From positions 1-48,754 of the forward strand of contig CAVELH010000002.1 in NCBI GenBank assembly GCA_963616385.1: DNA of 48,754 nt, in the 5' to 3' direction. This stretch comes from a bacterium. Its GTDB lineage: Bacteria; Bacillota; Clostridia; Lachnospirales; Lachnospiraceae. The notes under the pieces are model-generated. The model did no database searches, was not told where the DNA came from, and saw only the letters and a list, made by a program, of their open reading frames with translations. The position numbers and the translations under genes were made by a program. Positions 20,201-28,764 of the stretch are shown here, in pieces; the stretch's first letter is position 1, and each line of letters opens with the position of its first letter.

Positions 20201-20316
20201 GTTGTAAGGGTTCTCAGTAAATAAAATGCAATTAAATTAACAAAGGTTGTACATCCGCCTGCAATTAGATAACGTATCTTATCATTATTCAGGAATCTAT
20301 TTATGAGTCCCAACAT
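17257..20316 (-). CDS. GtrA-like domain fused to YfhO-family membrane glycosyltransferase
   Basis: N-terminal RYLIAGGCTTFVNL...AYFANKFFVF...NYFFSKVFVF (GtrA pattern) in frame with DSLHQYLPF, YYLSSPFN, PNRFSF, TSIPYDKGW, YTPEGL (YfhO pattern). Confidence 0.85.
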   Translation of the reverse strand: MLGLINRFLNNDKIRYLIAGGCTTFVNLIAFYLLRTLTTIDRNVCNVIAICMAITFAYFANKFFVFRSKTEGIGQAVVEALSFVGARVVSMAVEVLGFAILCDSFRLNELVSKLVVQFIVIVLNYFFSKVFVFREKRRSIADKVKDNYCIYCPFLIVLVLVMIIAIAEKVMPFGPNSLSLIDSLHQYLPFFAEYRNKLVNEGSLFYTWNIALGSNFMSLSAYYLSSPFNYLFLLFSKENLPTAFTLIIALKLSLSASSMAYFLSYKNAKLVDGSYENGKSRNPVIIGIALAYALSNYVIGYNWNIMWLDCIMIFPLVILGFKRLMEDGNPKMYVLSLFYCLYCNYYIGFIVCLFLVLWFFAYNHRRIKAFFIHGIRFAIYSLVAGGLSAFLLIPAYYGIMATSSAKADIPKWEWYGNIFNMFRQQLFLTEPITNQTFDGNANLYCGMFAVFAMFLYIFDRKICLREKISKVLLLAILMISFNATTPNFIWHGMHDQYGIPNRFSFLYIFILLVMAYDVLRHMRKIKTPYIIASAMLSMVFIALCSLESDGGIPDRVLIWSAVMLLIYAAVCAFYSSKMLKKKVFVIAFTVVCSLEIIANAAYGFGDNGYADYHGNYSTSPAVTAAYDKVRAIEAVNNNGFYRAELMDSKVLDEATWYSMPSVGTFCSTVLGEAVHTMGRLGFYTGANEFLYMGSTPFTNSIFNVKYLFYRDGDLNNYAFDYMTEEQGVGIYKNPYPLSLGFAVSESVKDWNRDDNLPLNGQNSLAYAMTGGVPFMNTVLPGLMVTSDTCTATVNNQTITYTPDKAGDASFMVAFSVPRDGDYYINCRGNSINKIHIYINGEEYAYDRYQIQIFHLGKLSEGDYVSIEYCYKNISASQATASLYMATFDEVAYRSVYEDLCKNMLDVDDYADGYVHGIINIDEGQTLFTSIPYDKGWTLKVDGKKADYYKACGAFIGADIDAGEHELEFIYTPEGLYIGIVVTLVSMLVFILGLMHNSNKNASEKLVKNNNNEIDRNSNV

Positions 20317-20329
20317 ATCCTACTCCTGT

Positions 20330-22621
20330 CTACTGTAATCCTGTCAAAAGATATATAAGTGGTGAATTCCAGTATATAGTAACCTCATTACATGAGAAGC
20401 TCTGTGAGTTATCAACATAGCAAAGTGCAGGTGATACTCCGTATAAAACTGCATTTGCGTATGGATCCTCAAGACCGCTGTCTGCACCACCAACTAACAT
20501 ACCAGGCATTGTCTCTCCGAGAACCTGTGATGGTCTGTGATGTGTGCTTACAGGTGACAACTGACCATATCCTGTAACATAACAGTAGCCTGTACCATTT
20601 ACACCGAAGATATAATCTCTCTGTCTCTGAGCATACTCAAGATATTTGTCATTAGCCTCAAGGTTGTTAGCCATGAGGAACAACATTCCATCATTGGCAA
20701 TGGTCATATTACTTCCCCAAGGGAAATTCTTAATACTTACAAATATGTTTGACTTCTCACAGCTCTTAAGAAGTGTTTCTGCCTGATAAAGTACCTCGTC
20801 CTTGGCAGCGCTCTTAAGACTTTCATCTATTCCATCTGCCTTGGCAAGGTCATACAAAGGATATGTTCCGATTGCAGCCCATCCAAGTCCCTTGTTGTAG
20901 TTACCGCCAAGCACCTCATTTATGGCATCAACATAGCTGTTGTCTCCTGTAGCTATGTAAAGCTCAGCAGCAGCCCACAAATACTCATCTGTCTTACCAC
21001 TGTCAGGATATTCTCCTGTAACAATCTCCTCCGGATTGGTGTAACCCTTCATATCAGGATTAGCCTCAAGATAGCTGTACGCCTTCTTGGCAGCCTCAAG
21101 ACAGGTATCTGCGAAATCACTGTCAATATCCTTATATAAAACAGATGCCTTCGCCATAATTGCCGCAAAATCACCTGTTGCGGTATATGATATAGGTGCA
21201 AGCACCATCTCTGCTGTCTCATCTACAGCAAGTACTGTCTCTGGGAACACAAGTGCAGTTACCTTATGATATACTCCACCGCTTGTCTCATCCTGCATCT
21301 TAAGCATCCAGTCAAGCTCATATTTTGCCTCATCCAAAAGGTCAGGAACACCGTTTCCACTCTCAGGTATGCCTATATCATCTGCATCGTATCCGTAATC
21401 CTCATATGCAAGGAATAAATCCTGAACTGTTTTAGCACCTGATACTACATAACGTCCATAATCACCTGCATCATGCCATCCACCTGAGACATCAACCTTC
21501 TTGCCTGAATCATCTCCGTAGATTATAGCCTCCTGCATATGACATGCCTCATGTGCAAAATCACCTGATATTGCACTGTCAAGGGCTGTTCCGCATCTCT
21601 GGTTGTAGAGCATTAATATTACATCCTTATATATGTCATCATATAAACCGTCACCGATTTCAAACTCATATGAGGCACCGGAAGGACTTGATATAATCTT
21701 GTATTTACCCGGTGACTTAAAATCTGAGAAATCTCCCTGCTTAACGTCAGAGCCAAGTGCAGCGTCAAATGCCAACGCACCATACTCTCCTATATATACA
21801 GTCTCCTCTGTATCTGCCTTAACAATCTTAAACTTAGTGTCATCACCTGATGTAACAACTACAGTCTTGGCATCATCCGGCTTATAACCTATCTGATTAA
21901 CCTTTACCTGAATAGGTGTAGGTGCTCCGACTATCTTCTCAGCATTAGAGCTGTCTGTTACAAAAAGTGAAATATTGTCAAAATATATCTTATGTGGCTC
22001 AAGACCTGATATTCCATCTACAGCTCCCATATTTACAACAAATCTAGGTGCCGGATCAGAATCCTCCTCCATAGTAAACTCCATAGTGATTGTCTGCGTC
22101 TCAGGTCCTATTGTTATCTTATCACTTGCATATGGATGGTAATCCCCACCATTAATCTGAACTCTCCACTCTACAATACGCTCGATTGTAGAACGTACAT
22201 CAAAGCTTACTGTGTAAACACAGCCCTTAGCCATAGTGAATCCATCATAGTACAACTGACATGCATGCTCAACTGAACCATTGCTCTCTATGTCTGCAAC
22301 CATCTCACCGTTCTCGGCATACAGAGAGAACTTCCCACCATTCTCATAGCTTACAAAGCCATCTAAGGCATCATCATCAAAATTGATACCCATCGCATCG
22401 GCTCCCTCTACTGTGGTAAATCTGTTATCCTCTACTACCTCTGCCTCCGTGGTTGTCCAATCGCCATCATCCTCAATAACCACGGCATCGGAAGCTGTAG
22501 CGGCATCTGTATCGGTTGCCTTACTGTCCTTATCCTTACTCTGGTTTCCGCACCCTGCCATTGCCAGAGTCATCGCAGCAACAAGCATAACAGCTGCTGT
22601 TTTCTTGAATCGTTTCATCAT
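20330..22621 (-). CDS. GH9 endoglucanase lipoprotein with CBM4 and Ig-like module
   Basis: True start 22621 or 22618 (GGAGG RBS), lipobox LAMAGC; VKVNQIGY, GGWHDAGDYGRY, HHRPS, CNEVTIYWN. Confidence 0.92.
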   Translation of the reverse strand: MMKRFKKTAAVMLVAAMTLAMAGCGNQSKDKDSKATDTDAATASDAVVIEDDGDWTTTEAEVVEDNRFTTVEGADAMGINFDDDALDGFVSYENGGKFSLYAENGEMVADIESNGSVEHACQLYYDGFTMAKGCVYTVSFDVRSTIERIVEWRVQINGGDYHPYASDKITIGPETQTITMEFTMEEDSDPAPRFVVNMGAVDGISGLEPHKIYFDNISLFVTDSSNAEKIVGAPTPIQVKVNQIGYKPDDAKTVVVTSGDDTKFKIVKADTEETVYIGEYGALAFDAALGSDVKQGDFSDFKSPGKYKIISSPSGASYEFEIGDGLYDDIYKDVILMLYNQRCGTALDSAISGDFAHEACHMQEAIIYGDDSGKKVDVSGGWHDAGDYGRYVVSGAKTVQDLFLAYEDYGYDADDIGIPESGNGVPDLLDEAKYELDWMLKMQDETSGGVYHKVTALVFPETVLAVDETAEMVLAPISYTATGDFAAIMAKASVLYKDIDSDFADTCLEAAKKAYSYLEANPDMKGYTNPEEIVTGEYPDSGKTDEYLWAAAELYIATGDNSYVDAINEVLGGNYNKGLGWAAIGTYPLYDLAKADGIDESLKSAAKDEVLYQAETLLKSCEKSNIFVSIKNFPWGSNMTIANDGMLFLMANNLEANDKYLEYAQRQRDYIFGVNGTGYCYVTGYGQLSPVSTHHRPSQVLGETMPGMLVGGADSGLEDPYANAVLYGVSPALCYVDNSQSFSCNEVTIYWNSPLIYLLTGLQ

Positions 22622-22664
22622 TAAACCTCCCTTATTAATGTATATATTGCTAGACAAAACATTC

Positions 22665-23438
22665 CTAATCACAGAAGGACACGACCTTGTCATAAGGCAT
22701 ATCCCCTCCAAATATATCGAGTGCACTTCCGACAGTGACATCTATGTTATTCCTGCCAAGAAGCCTTAGCTTCTCCAAATCCGAAAATGAACCAACTCCA
22801 CCTGCATATGTCATCGGTATACCGTTCCACTCTGCAAGAAGCTCCACAAGCTCTATCTCTATTCCATGTGCCTTTCCCTCAACATCAACAGCATGTATCA
22901 GGTATTCGTCGCAAAATTCCGACAATAATGAAAGCGTATCTGCACACACCCTGACCTCTGTAAATTTCTGCCAGCGGTCAGTCACTATATAATAACCATC
23001 ATCCTTTTTTCTACAGCTTAAATCAAGTACAAGGTGCTCCTTACCTACTCTCTCAGACAGAAACCTGAGTCGTTCAAAATCAATTCTTCCCTCACGGAAC
23101 ACATAGGATGTGACTATAACATGGGATGCTCCCATATCAAGAAAAGACTTCGCATTATCTGCATTTATGCCGCCACCTATCTGTAGTCCCTTCGGATATG
23201 CCTCAAGTGCAAGCTTTGCCTGCCTAAGGTCTGCCTCATAATACTCACTTCCGACAGGGTTAAGGATAATTATATGTCCTCCCTTTATGCCGCTCTTCTT
23301 ATACATATTTGCATAAAAATCACCACTAAGCTCTGACACAAAATTGTCGGTAGCCGCATTTGCCTCATCTCTAAGGCTTCCTCCCACAATCTGTTTAACT
23401 GAACCATTATGTATATCAATACATGGACGAAAATGCAT
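22665..23438 (-). CDS. hisA: ProFAR isomerase, eukaryote-like (His6) type
   Basis: FRPCIDIHNGSVKQIVGG, QIGGGI, LDLSCR, HAVDVEG, TVGSALDIFGG; start moved to 23438. Confidence 0.9.
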   Translation of the reverse strand: MHFRPCIDIHNGSVKQIVGGSLRDEANAATDNFVSELSGDFYANMYKKSGIKGGHIIILNPVGSEYYEADLRQAKLALEAYPKGLQIGGGINADNAKSFLDMGASHVIVTSYVFREGRIDFERLRFLSERVGKEHLVLDLSCRKKDDGYYIVTDRWQKFTEVRVCADTLSLLSEFCDEYLIHAVDVEGKAHGIEIELVELLAEWNGIPMTYAGGVGSFSDLEKLRLLGRNNIDVTVGSALDIFGGDMPYDKVVSFCD

Positions 23439-23515
23439 ATTTTCACCCCTCATCATCGTATAATAATCTAAATTATTTTATCATACAAAATTAGGTTATT
23501 CAACTTATTTCCCAC

Positions 23516-23544
23516 TTTACGCGAAACCCTATACAATGTATACT
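23516..23544 (+). promoter_or_regulatory. Sigma-A-like promoter of the AAA+ ATPase gene
   Basis: TTTACG, 17-nt spacer, TATACT; consistent with a start at 23594. Confidence 0.45.
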
Positions 23545-23593
23545 TATGTATGTAGTTTGGCATAAAATATATGTATTTAAGCGGAGGCAGCTA

Positions 23594-25009
23594 ATGAACA
23601 TAAATTTAAAACAAGAGTTAAACAATTGTTATATATACGGAGATATCATAACACAGCAGGGCTTCGGACCTAAGACAGGAATATCCATGAAGGAAATGAT
23701 ACAATTCGACCTTCTTCAGTTCCTCGCCTATCTACTTGATACAGAGCATGGAACTATGTACCCTGAGATATCATTTATACATGATTATCTGGGCAAATAC
23801 TTCACATTGGATAAGCTTCTTTCCTTTAAGAGGGAGCGTACCGCGGACGCCGCATTTATACAGACCGTTCCACGCTCAATCACATATTTTGCAGAGGCAG
23901 ACCTATCCGGCAAATCAGCATGTACGACAAGCGGCTTTTCCAAATCAAGAAGCATGCTAAACCTGTATATCGCACTCGGACAGGAATTCATAGCATGTAA
24001 TAACATAGTAGATGACGGAGAGGTAGACAGACTCACAACCTACACCACAATGATTGAGAATTATCTTAGAAAGCATAAGCTCTACGAGGCAGGCAAACCT
24101 ACCATTTCCTCTGACACAGACAAGGTACAGGCATCCATCAATGCCATGAAGGGAAATATCAATCCTAATGAGATACCTGAGGAGGATGTTAAGCTTGAGG
24201 ATTTAATGGAAGAGTTAAATGAACTTACAGGTCTTGATGCAGTAAAGAAGGACATCAAATCTCTAATCAATATCCTGAAGGTTAATAAAATGCGTGAAGA
24301 GAGAGGTATGAAGCAGCCATCCATGTCATTACACATGGTATTCTCCGGCAATCCCGGAACAGGTAAAACGACTGTCGCAAGACTTCTTGCCAAGATATAC
24401 AAATGCCTTGGTGTAGTATCAGGCGGACAACTCATAGAGGCTGACCGTTCAACACTTGTAGAGGGTTACGTAGGACAGACAGCAATCAAAACCAAGGGTG
24501 TTATAGAAAGTGCATTGGGCGGCATTTTATTCATAGATGAGGCTTACACCTTAACAGCGGGAAAGGACGGAAAAGATTTCGGACAGGAGGCTGTTGACAC
24601 TCTCCTTAAGATGATGGAGGATAACCGTGACAATCTCATAGTGATTGTTGCTGGCTACACAGACCTTATGGAAGAATTCGTAGCGTCAAATCCGGGACTT
24701 CGCTCAAGATTCAATAAATACATTGTATTTGAAGATTACACAGGCGAGCAGCTATATGATATCTTCATGTCCATGTGTAAAAAACAGGATTATATACCAA
24801 ATGAGCCCGGCCGCAAATACGCCAAGGAATACCTGTCATCTCTGGCAGAAGCCCATGACGATAACTTTGCTAACGCCAGAGAGGTAAGAAACTATATTGA
24901 GCGTTCAATAGCAAAACAGGCATCACGAATAGTCGAGCTTGATGACGTGAGCGATAAGCAGCTTAAGACACTTACAAAAAGTGATTTGACAGATATCGAT
25001 CCCCAGTAG
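23594..25009 (+). CDS. SpoVK/CbbX-family AAA+ ATPase with ~200-aa N-terminal domain
   Basis: LTGLDAVK, HMVFSGNPGTGKTTVAR, GYVGQTA, ILFIDEAY, NPGLRSRF, NAREVRN; GGAGG RBS before ATG 23594. Confidence 0.9.
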   Translation: MNINLKQELNNCYIYGDIITQQGFGPKTGISMKEMIQFDLLQFLAYLLDTEHGTMYPEISFIHDYLGKYFTLDKLLSFKRERTADAAFIQTVPRSITYFAEADLSGKSACTTSGFSKSRSMLNLYIALGQEFIACNNIVDDGEVDRLTTYTTMIENYLRKHKLYEAGKPTISSDTDKVQASINAMKGNINPNEIPEEDVKLEDLMEELNELTGLDAVKKDIKSLINILKVNKMREERGMKQPSMSLHMVFSGNPGTGKTTVARLLAKIYKCLGVVSGGQLIEADRSTLVEGYVGQTAIKTKGVIESALGGILFIDEAYTLTAGKDGKDFGQEAVDTLLKMMEDNRDNLIVIVAGYTDLMEEFVASNPGLRSRFNKYIVFEDYTGEQLYDIFMSMCKKQDYIPNEPGRKYAKEYLSSLAEAHDDNFANAREVRNYIERSIAKQASRIVELDDVSDKQLKTLTKSDLTDIDPQ

Positions 25010-26750
25010 CAATATACTGTCCCCACAATATATCAAACAAATCCATCTCCTCGGAGGATGGCTTTACTGTCTCAAGAGAATATATATTATGTATATACCA
25101 TCCGGCATCGGCAGCCATAACTACAGCTAAGCCATGCTGGATAACTCTGAGACAAAAATCTATATCTGCAAGCTCAGAATCAAACTTCTCAGAGAATCCA
25201 CCTACTCTGTGGAACAATTCTCGTTTAACCATCATACAGGACGCAGATACAGCACTACACTCACTGTTTATACGATTTCTCATCATGTAGCTCTTGTCAC
25301 CACGCTTTAAACCCCTGTACACATCAAGCAACTGTCCGTCCTTGCCAACTGCGTAGCAGCTCTTGTATGTTGAGTCGTTATCACCATATAAGATTCCGCC
25401 AACAGCTCCAACCTCATTTCTCATACATATTCCAAGCATTTCCCCTATAGCTGTGGCATCCATTACCTCTGTCTCAGCATCAATGAAAAGGAGATAATCA
25501 CCCATCGCAACAGCAGCTCCCTTTCCCCTTAACCTGGGTACCGAAAGCTCGTCACTCTCCGATATGATATGTATGTTCCTTCTTGTGCTCTCCATACTTC
25601 TGTAGAACTTATTCAATGTCTCATTTCCCTCGTACCTGTCAACAATAATTATCTCAAAATTACTGTATCTCGCTCTCTCATACAAAGGTAAAATGCATTT
25701 TTTCATGGTGTCAGGATTGTCAGCCCCTACAATAATTATAGATAAAAATGGATTGCCCGGTGTGTCATATGTAACCTTATATATTCCCGGCATCTCTGAA
25801 TGTGCAACAGTAGCTAACACACCCATGCGGTTAAGATGCTCCTCGACAGCCTTTCTTCCAATCTCGCAACGATTTTTCCTCTTCTTCTCACGCTCGGCTG
25901 TCTCGCCATGCTTTCTCATATGATATAATACCCGCGGTATATGCTTGATTCTTGAGCTTCTCTCACCCCACACATGCTCACAGCATCTTAGTATGTAATC
26001 ATAATATGATATTCCCTCATACTCCCTGCGAAATCCACCGACAGCCTGAACAAGGCTTCTCTTCACAAGTGTAAAATAACCTATATAGTTATATGCCCTG
26101 AGCAAATCAATATCAAAATCAGGCTTAAATGCAGGCTCAGAGTATCTGGACTGCTCCTCAGACATCTTATCCTCATCCGAATATATAATGTCAGCTCTGT
26201 CCTCCTGCAAAGCACTTACCATTGTATACAGAGCATCCTGCGTTATTATGTCATCATGTGACAAAAGTGCCACATAATCCCCCGATGACATTTCAACAGC
26301 GAGATTAAGGCACTCTGATATACCTATATCCTCATCAAGCAGAATATAGTTTATTCTCTCATCTTTTTCCATATAGCCCTGCACTATATTCTTAGTCTCA
26401 GGAACATTTATATCTGAGGTACGGCTTCCGTCTACTATAACCAGCTCCCAGTTAGCATACGTCTGTCCTATAACAGACTCAAGCATGGCACTAAGGAAAT
26501 TAACCGGAGTCCTGTAAACAGACACAATTATACTAACCTTAGGTGAATATGCAAGCTCCTCTCCACGCTGTCTTTCAAGCTCCTGCTCATCCGCCATATG
26601 CTTTTTCTTATACCAGCCATCATAAGAAAATCCGGGGCCACGCATTTTATAGCGCAGCTCGGACATAATCCCGTCTATACCGGCATTCTTTATATAGTTT
26701 ATACCACGCCTTATACTCTGTGGCGTAACGGATGAGAGGTCAATCTTCAT
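24972..26750 (-). CDS. Two-domain family 2 glycosyltransferase
   Basis: KVSIIVSVY, LVIVDGS, HDD, YSDEDK, FKPDF; second GT2 domain with divergent motifs. Confidence 0.85.
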   Translation of the reverse strand: MKIDLSSVTPQSIRRGINYIKNAGIDGIMSELRYKMRGPGFSYDGWYKKKHMADEQELERQRGEELAYSPKVSIIVSVYRTPVNFLSAMLESVIGQTYANWELVIVDGSRTSDINVPETKNIVQGYMEKDERINYILLDEDIGISECLNLAVEMSSGDYVALLSHDDIITQDALYTMVSALQEDRADIIYSDEDKMSEEQSRYSEPAFKPDFDIDLLRAYNYIGYFTLVKRSLVQAVGGFRREYEGISYYDYILRCCEHVWGERSSRIKHIPRVLYHMRKHGETAEREKKRKNRCEIGRKAVEEHLNRMGVLATVAHSEMPGIYKVTYDTPGNPFLSIIIVGADNPDTMKKCILPLYERARYSNFEIIIVDRYEGNETLNKFYRSMESTRRNIHIISESDELSVPRLRGKGAAVAMGDYLLFIDAETEVMDATAIGEMLGICMRNEVGAVGGILYGDNDSTYKSCYAVGKDGQLLDVYRGLKRGDKSYMMRNRINSECSAVSASCMMVKRELFHRVGGFSEKFDSELADIDFCLRVIQHGLAVVMAADAGWYIHNIYSLETVKPSSEEMDLFDILWGQYIATGDRYLSNHFL

Positions 26751-26762
26751 ATACTATCTCTC

Positions 26763-28745
26763 CTATAATATATTCTTAAACACCGCAGTAACTACAAATA
26801 AATGAAGTAAAACTGTCCACATTATCACATTATAATCAGCATTATCAGAAACGCTGTTCTTCTTCGTTCTAAGTGCAAGCAGTCCCGGAACAAGTGCCGG
26901 CAGGAAATACCTTCCCTGTACACCCTCAACCACAAACAGCGAATTAGGCGTCCAGTATAACAGCATACCAGCTATAGCAAGCACAACAACTCCAACAGAC
27001 ATAATAATTATATAGATTCGTTCTCCTGTTCTTATAAGCTGTGACTCACTCTCCTTACGCATAGCTGCATAGATGAGCAACACCAAAAATCCAAGGATGA
27101 ATACCCAAGGTATCTCTATCTCAAGCCATCCAAGCGAACCTCCGAGCATCTGGTTAAGATAAATATCGGTCTTAAACCATACTGTATTAATCATTATCTC
27201 CAGAAGCCTTACAGGATGCTTTATGAAAAATCCTATAGTATAGCCATTCTGGTCTGCCCAGGCAATGTAATTACTGTTAATGTTCTCTGGCAGGATTGCT
27301 ATTTTAATTATTCTTATAGCAACTATTCCCGCTCCACACAAAAACAGCACACAGCAGACAATAAGCACTATCTTCATCCAAGGTCTTATTCCCGCGCGAA
27401 TATCCTCTATCTTATCCCTGTGTGTTTTTATATACCTAGGTATCAGCATAAGGACAAGCATCGCAAGTGGAATAAGCGCATGTCCCTTACATGGTATGAG
27501 CAAAAGAGCACTCAAAGCCCATACAATATAGTTGATAATTTTCTTCCTTTTACTCTGCTCCTCACCATAGATTGCAGACAAAGCTGTCGCAACCACAAGT
27601 ATGCTTAAGGTTAAGATAGGTGAGTCATACGAAAATGAGCCTGTCTGCTGTAATGTAATCGGCAGCAACGCCCATACAAACACTATTCCCTTTCCGAAAG
27701 GCATCCTCTTTATTGAGTAATACACAGCAAACACAAATGCCAGCATATTAAATATTCTTCCAAGCAGATATGTCAGCGTTGTGCTAAATCCGAACAATCT
27801 TCCAATCGTTATTCCAAAACCGGACAGCCAATACAGATATCTTGGAGAACCTGTAGCTGCCACGCCACTGTCCACCATATCCGCATTATTCACACCATTA
27901 AATATGCCTTCATACTCATACAGATAATCATTTCTCGTGAGATTTTGGGAGTTGTAATCAGCCATCGCATCATCAGCCCTCATCATAACTGTATTACCAT
28001 GCGTTCCCATTATCCTGTCTGACACATCATACGAGGTATACACATGTGTAATCTCATCCGGTACCGCAGTCATAGGAATTATAAGCACAAATATAAGTCC
28101 AAGCCCAAGCCCCGCTATAAGATATAGCTGCTCAGGCTTTATCTTGTGGTCTGTATCAAGTATTACTATGGCAAATGTGGACACGATAACTAATATAAGT
28201 ATCGGATACACTATGTTCTGTAGCTTAAAGTATGAATCCTTTCCCGATACTATCACACCAAAGGCAGGTGCATAGCTTCCATCCTCAAGAACCAGATCCG
28301 AGTCAAGGAGAGAGACCTTATCTGACTCCGACTCACATTCAACCTTAAGTGTAAGCTTTCTTCCGGCTGTATTCTGTACAGGACTTGCAAATGCATATCC
28401 GGTATCTGACTCTATAAGGCTGTTCTTCTCACATGAAGCAAGTACCTCGCCCTGCTCAGATAACACACTCACACGAATCATTCCATTCTGTAAATCACCG
28501 TTAGTGCTTATAGGGAGATATATACCATATATCTCCTGATTATCCGTGGTAAACGGAATATCTATATCAACACCATCCTTTATATATGTCACATTACCCT
28601 TGCCCGAAACCTCATATACAGTACTTATAGCGCCATTATTATATGAGATATATGCCATATACGCATACACAAGAAGTGCCAAAAATGCCACAATAACAAC
28701 GATTGCAATTCCTAATTTTTTGTTGTTCTTCTTTTCTTCCTTCAT
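26763..28745 (-). CDS. DUF2142-like polytopic membrane protein (putative GT-C glycosyltransferase)
   Basis: VPDEITH, FSYD, GSLGWL, GVQGRYFLP, many TM helices; start probably MKEEKK at 28745. Confidence 0.8.
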   Translation of the reverse strand: MKEEKKNNKKLGIAIVVIVAFLALLVYAYMAYISYNNGAISTVYEVSGKGNVTYIKDGVDIDIPFTTDNQEIYGIYLPISTNGDLQNGMIRVSVLSEQGEVLASCEKNSLIESDTGYAFASPVQNTAGRKLTLKVECESESDKVSLLDSDLVLEDGSYAPAFGVIVSGKDSYFKLQNIVYPILILVIVSTFAIVILDTDHKIKPEQLYLIAGLGLGLIFVLIIPMTAVPDEITHVYTSYDVSDRIMGTHGNTVMMRADDAMADYNSQNLTRNDYLYEYEGIFNGVNNADMVDSGVAATGSPRYLYWLSGFGITIGRLFGFSTTLTYLLGRIFNMLAFVFAVYYSIKRMPFGKGIVFVWALLPITLQQTGSFSYDSPILTLSILVVATALSAIYGEEQSKRKKIINYIVWALSALLLIPCKGHALIPLAMLVLMLIPRYIKTHRDKIEDIRAGIRPWMKIVLIVCCVLFLCGAGIVAIRIIKIAILPENINSNYIAWADQNGYTIGFFIKHPVRLLEIMINTVWFKTDIYLNQMLGGSLGWLEIEIPWVFILGFLVLLIYAAMRKESESQLIRTGERIYIIIMSVGVVVLAIAGMLLYWTPNSLFVVEGVQGRYFLPALVPGLLALRTKKNSVSDNADYNVIMWTVLLHLFVVTAVFKNIL

Positions 28746-28764
28746 TCCCAGTCTCTCCTGTAAT

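Noticed and set aside
22622..22741. N-terminal extension of the GH9 ORF overlapping hisA
   Set aside because: RBS and lipoprotein signal peptide place the start at 22621 or 22618; similar over-extensions were trimmed for essC, yukD, the PEGA protein, hisA and the AAA+ ATPase.
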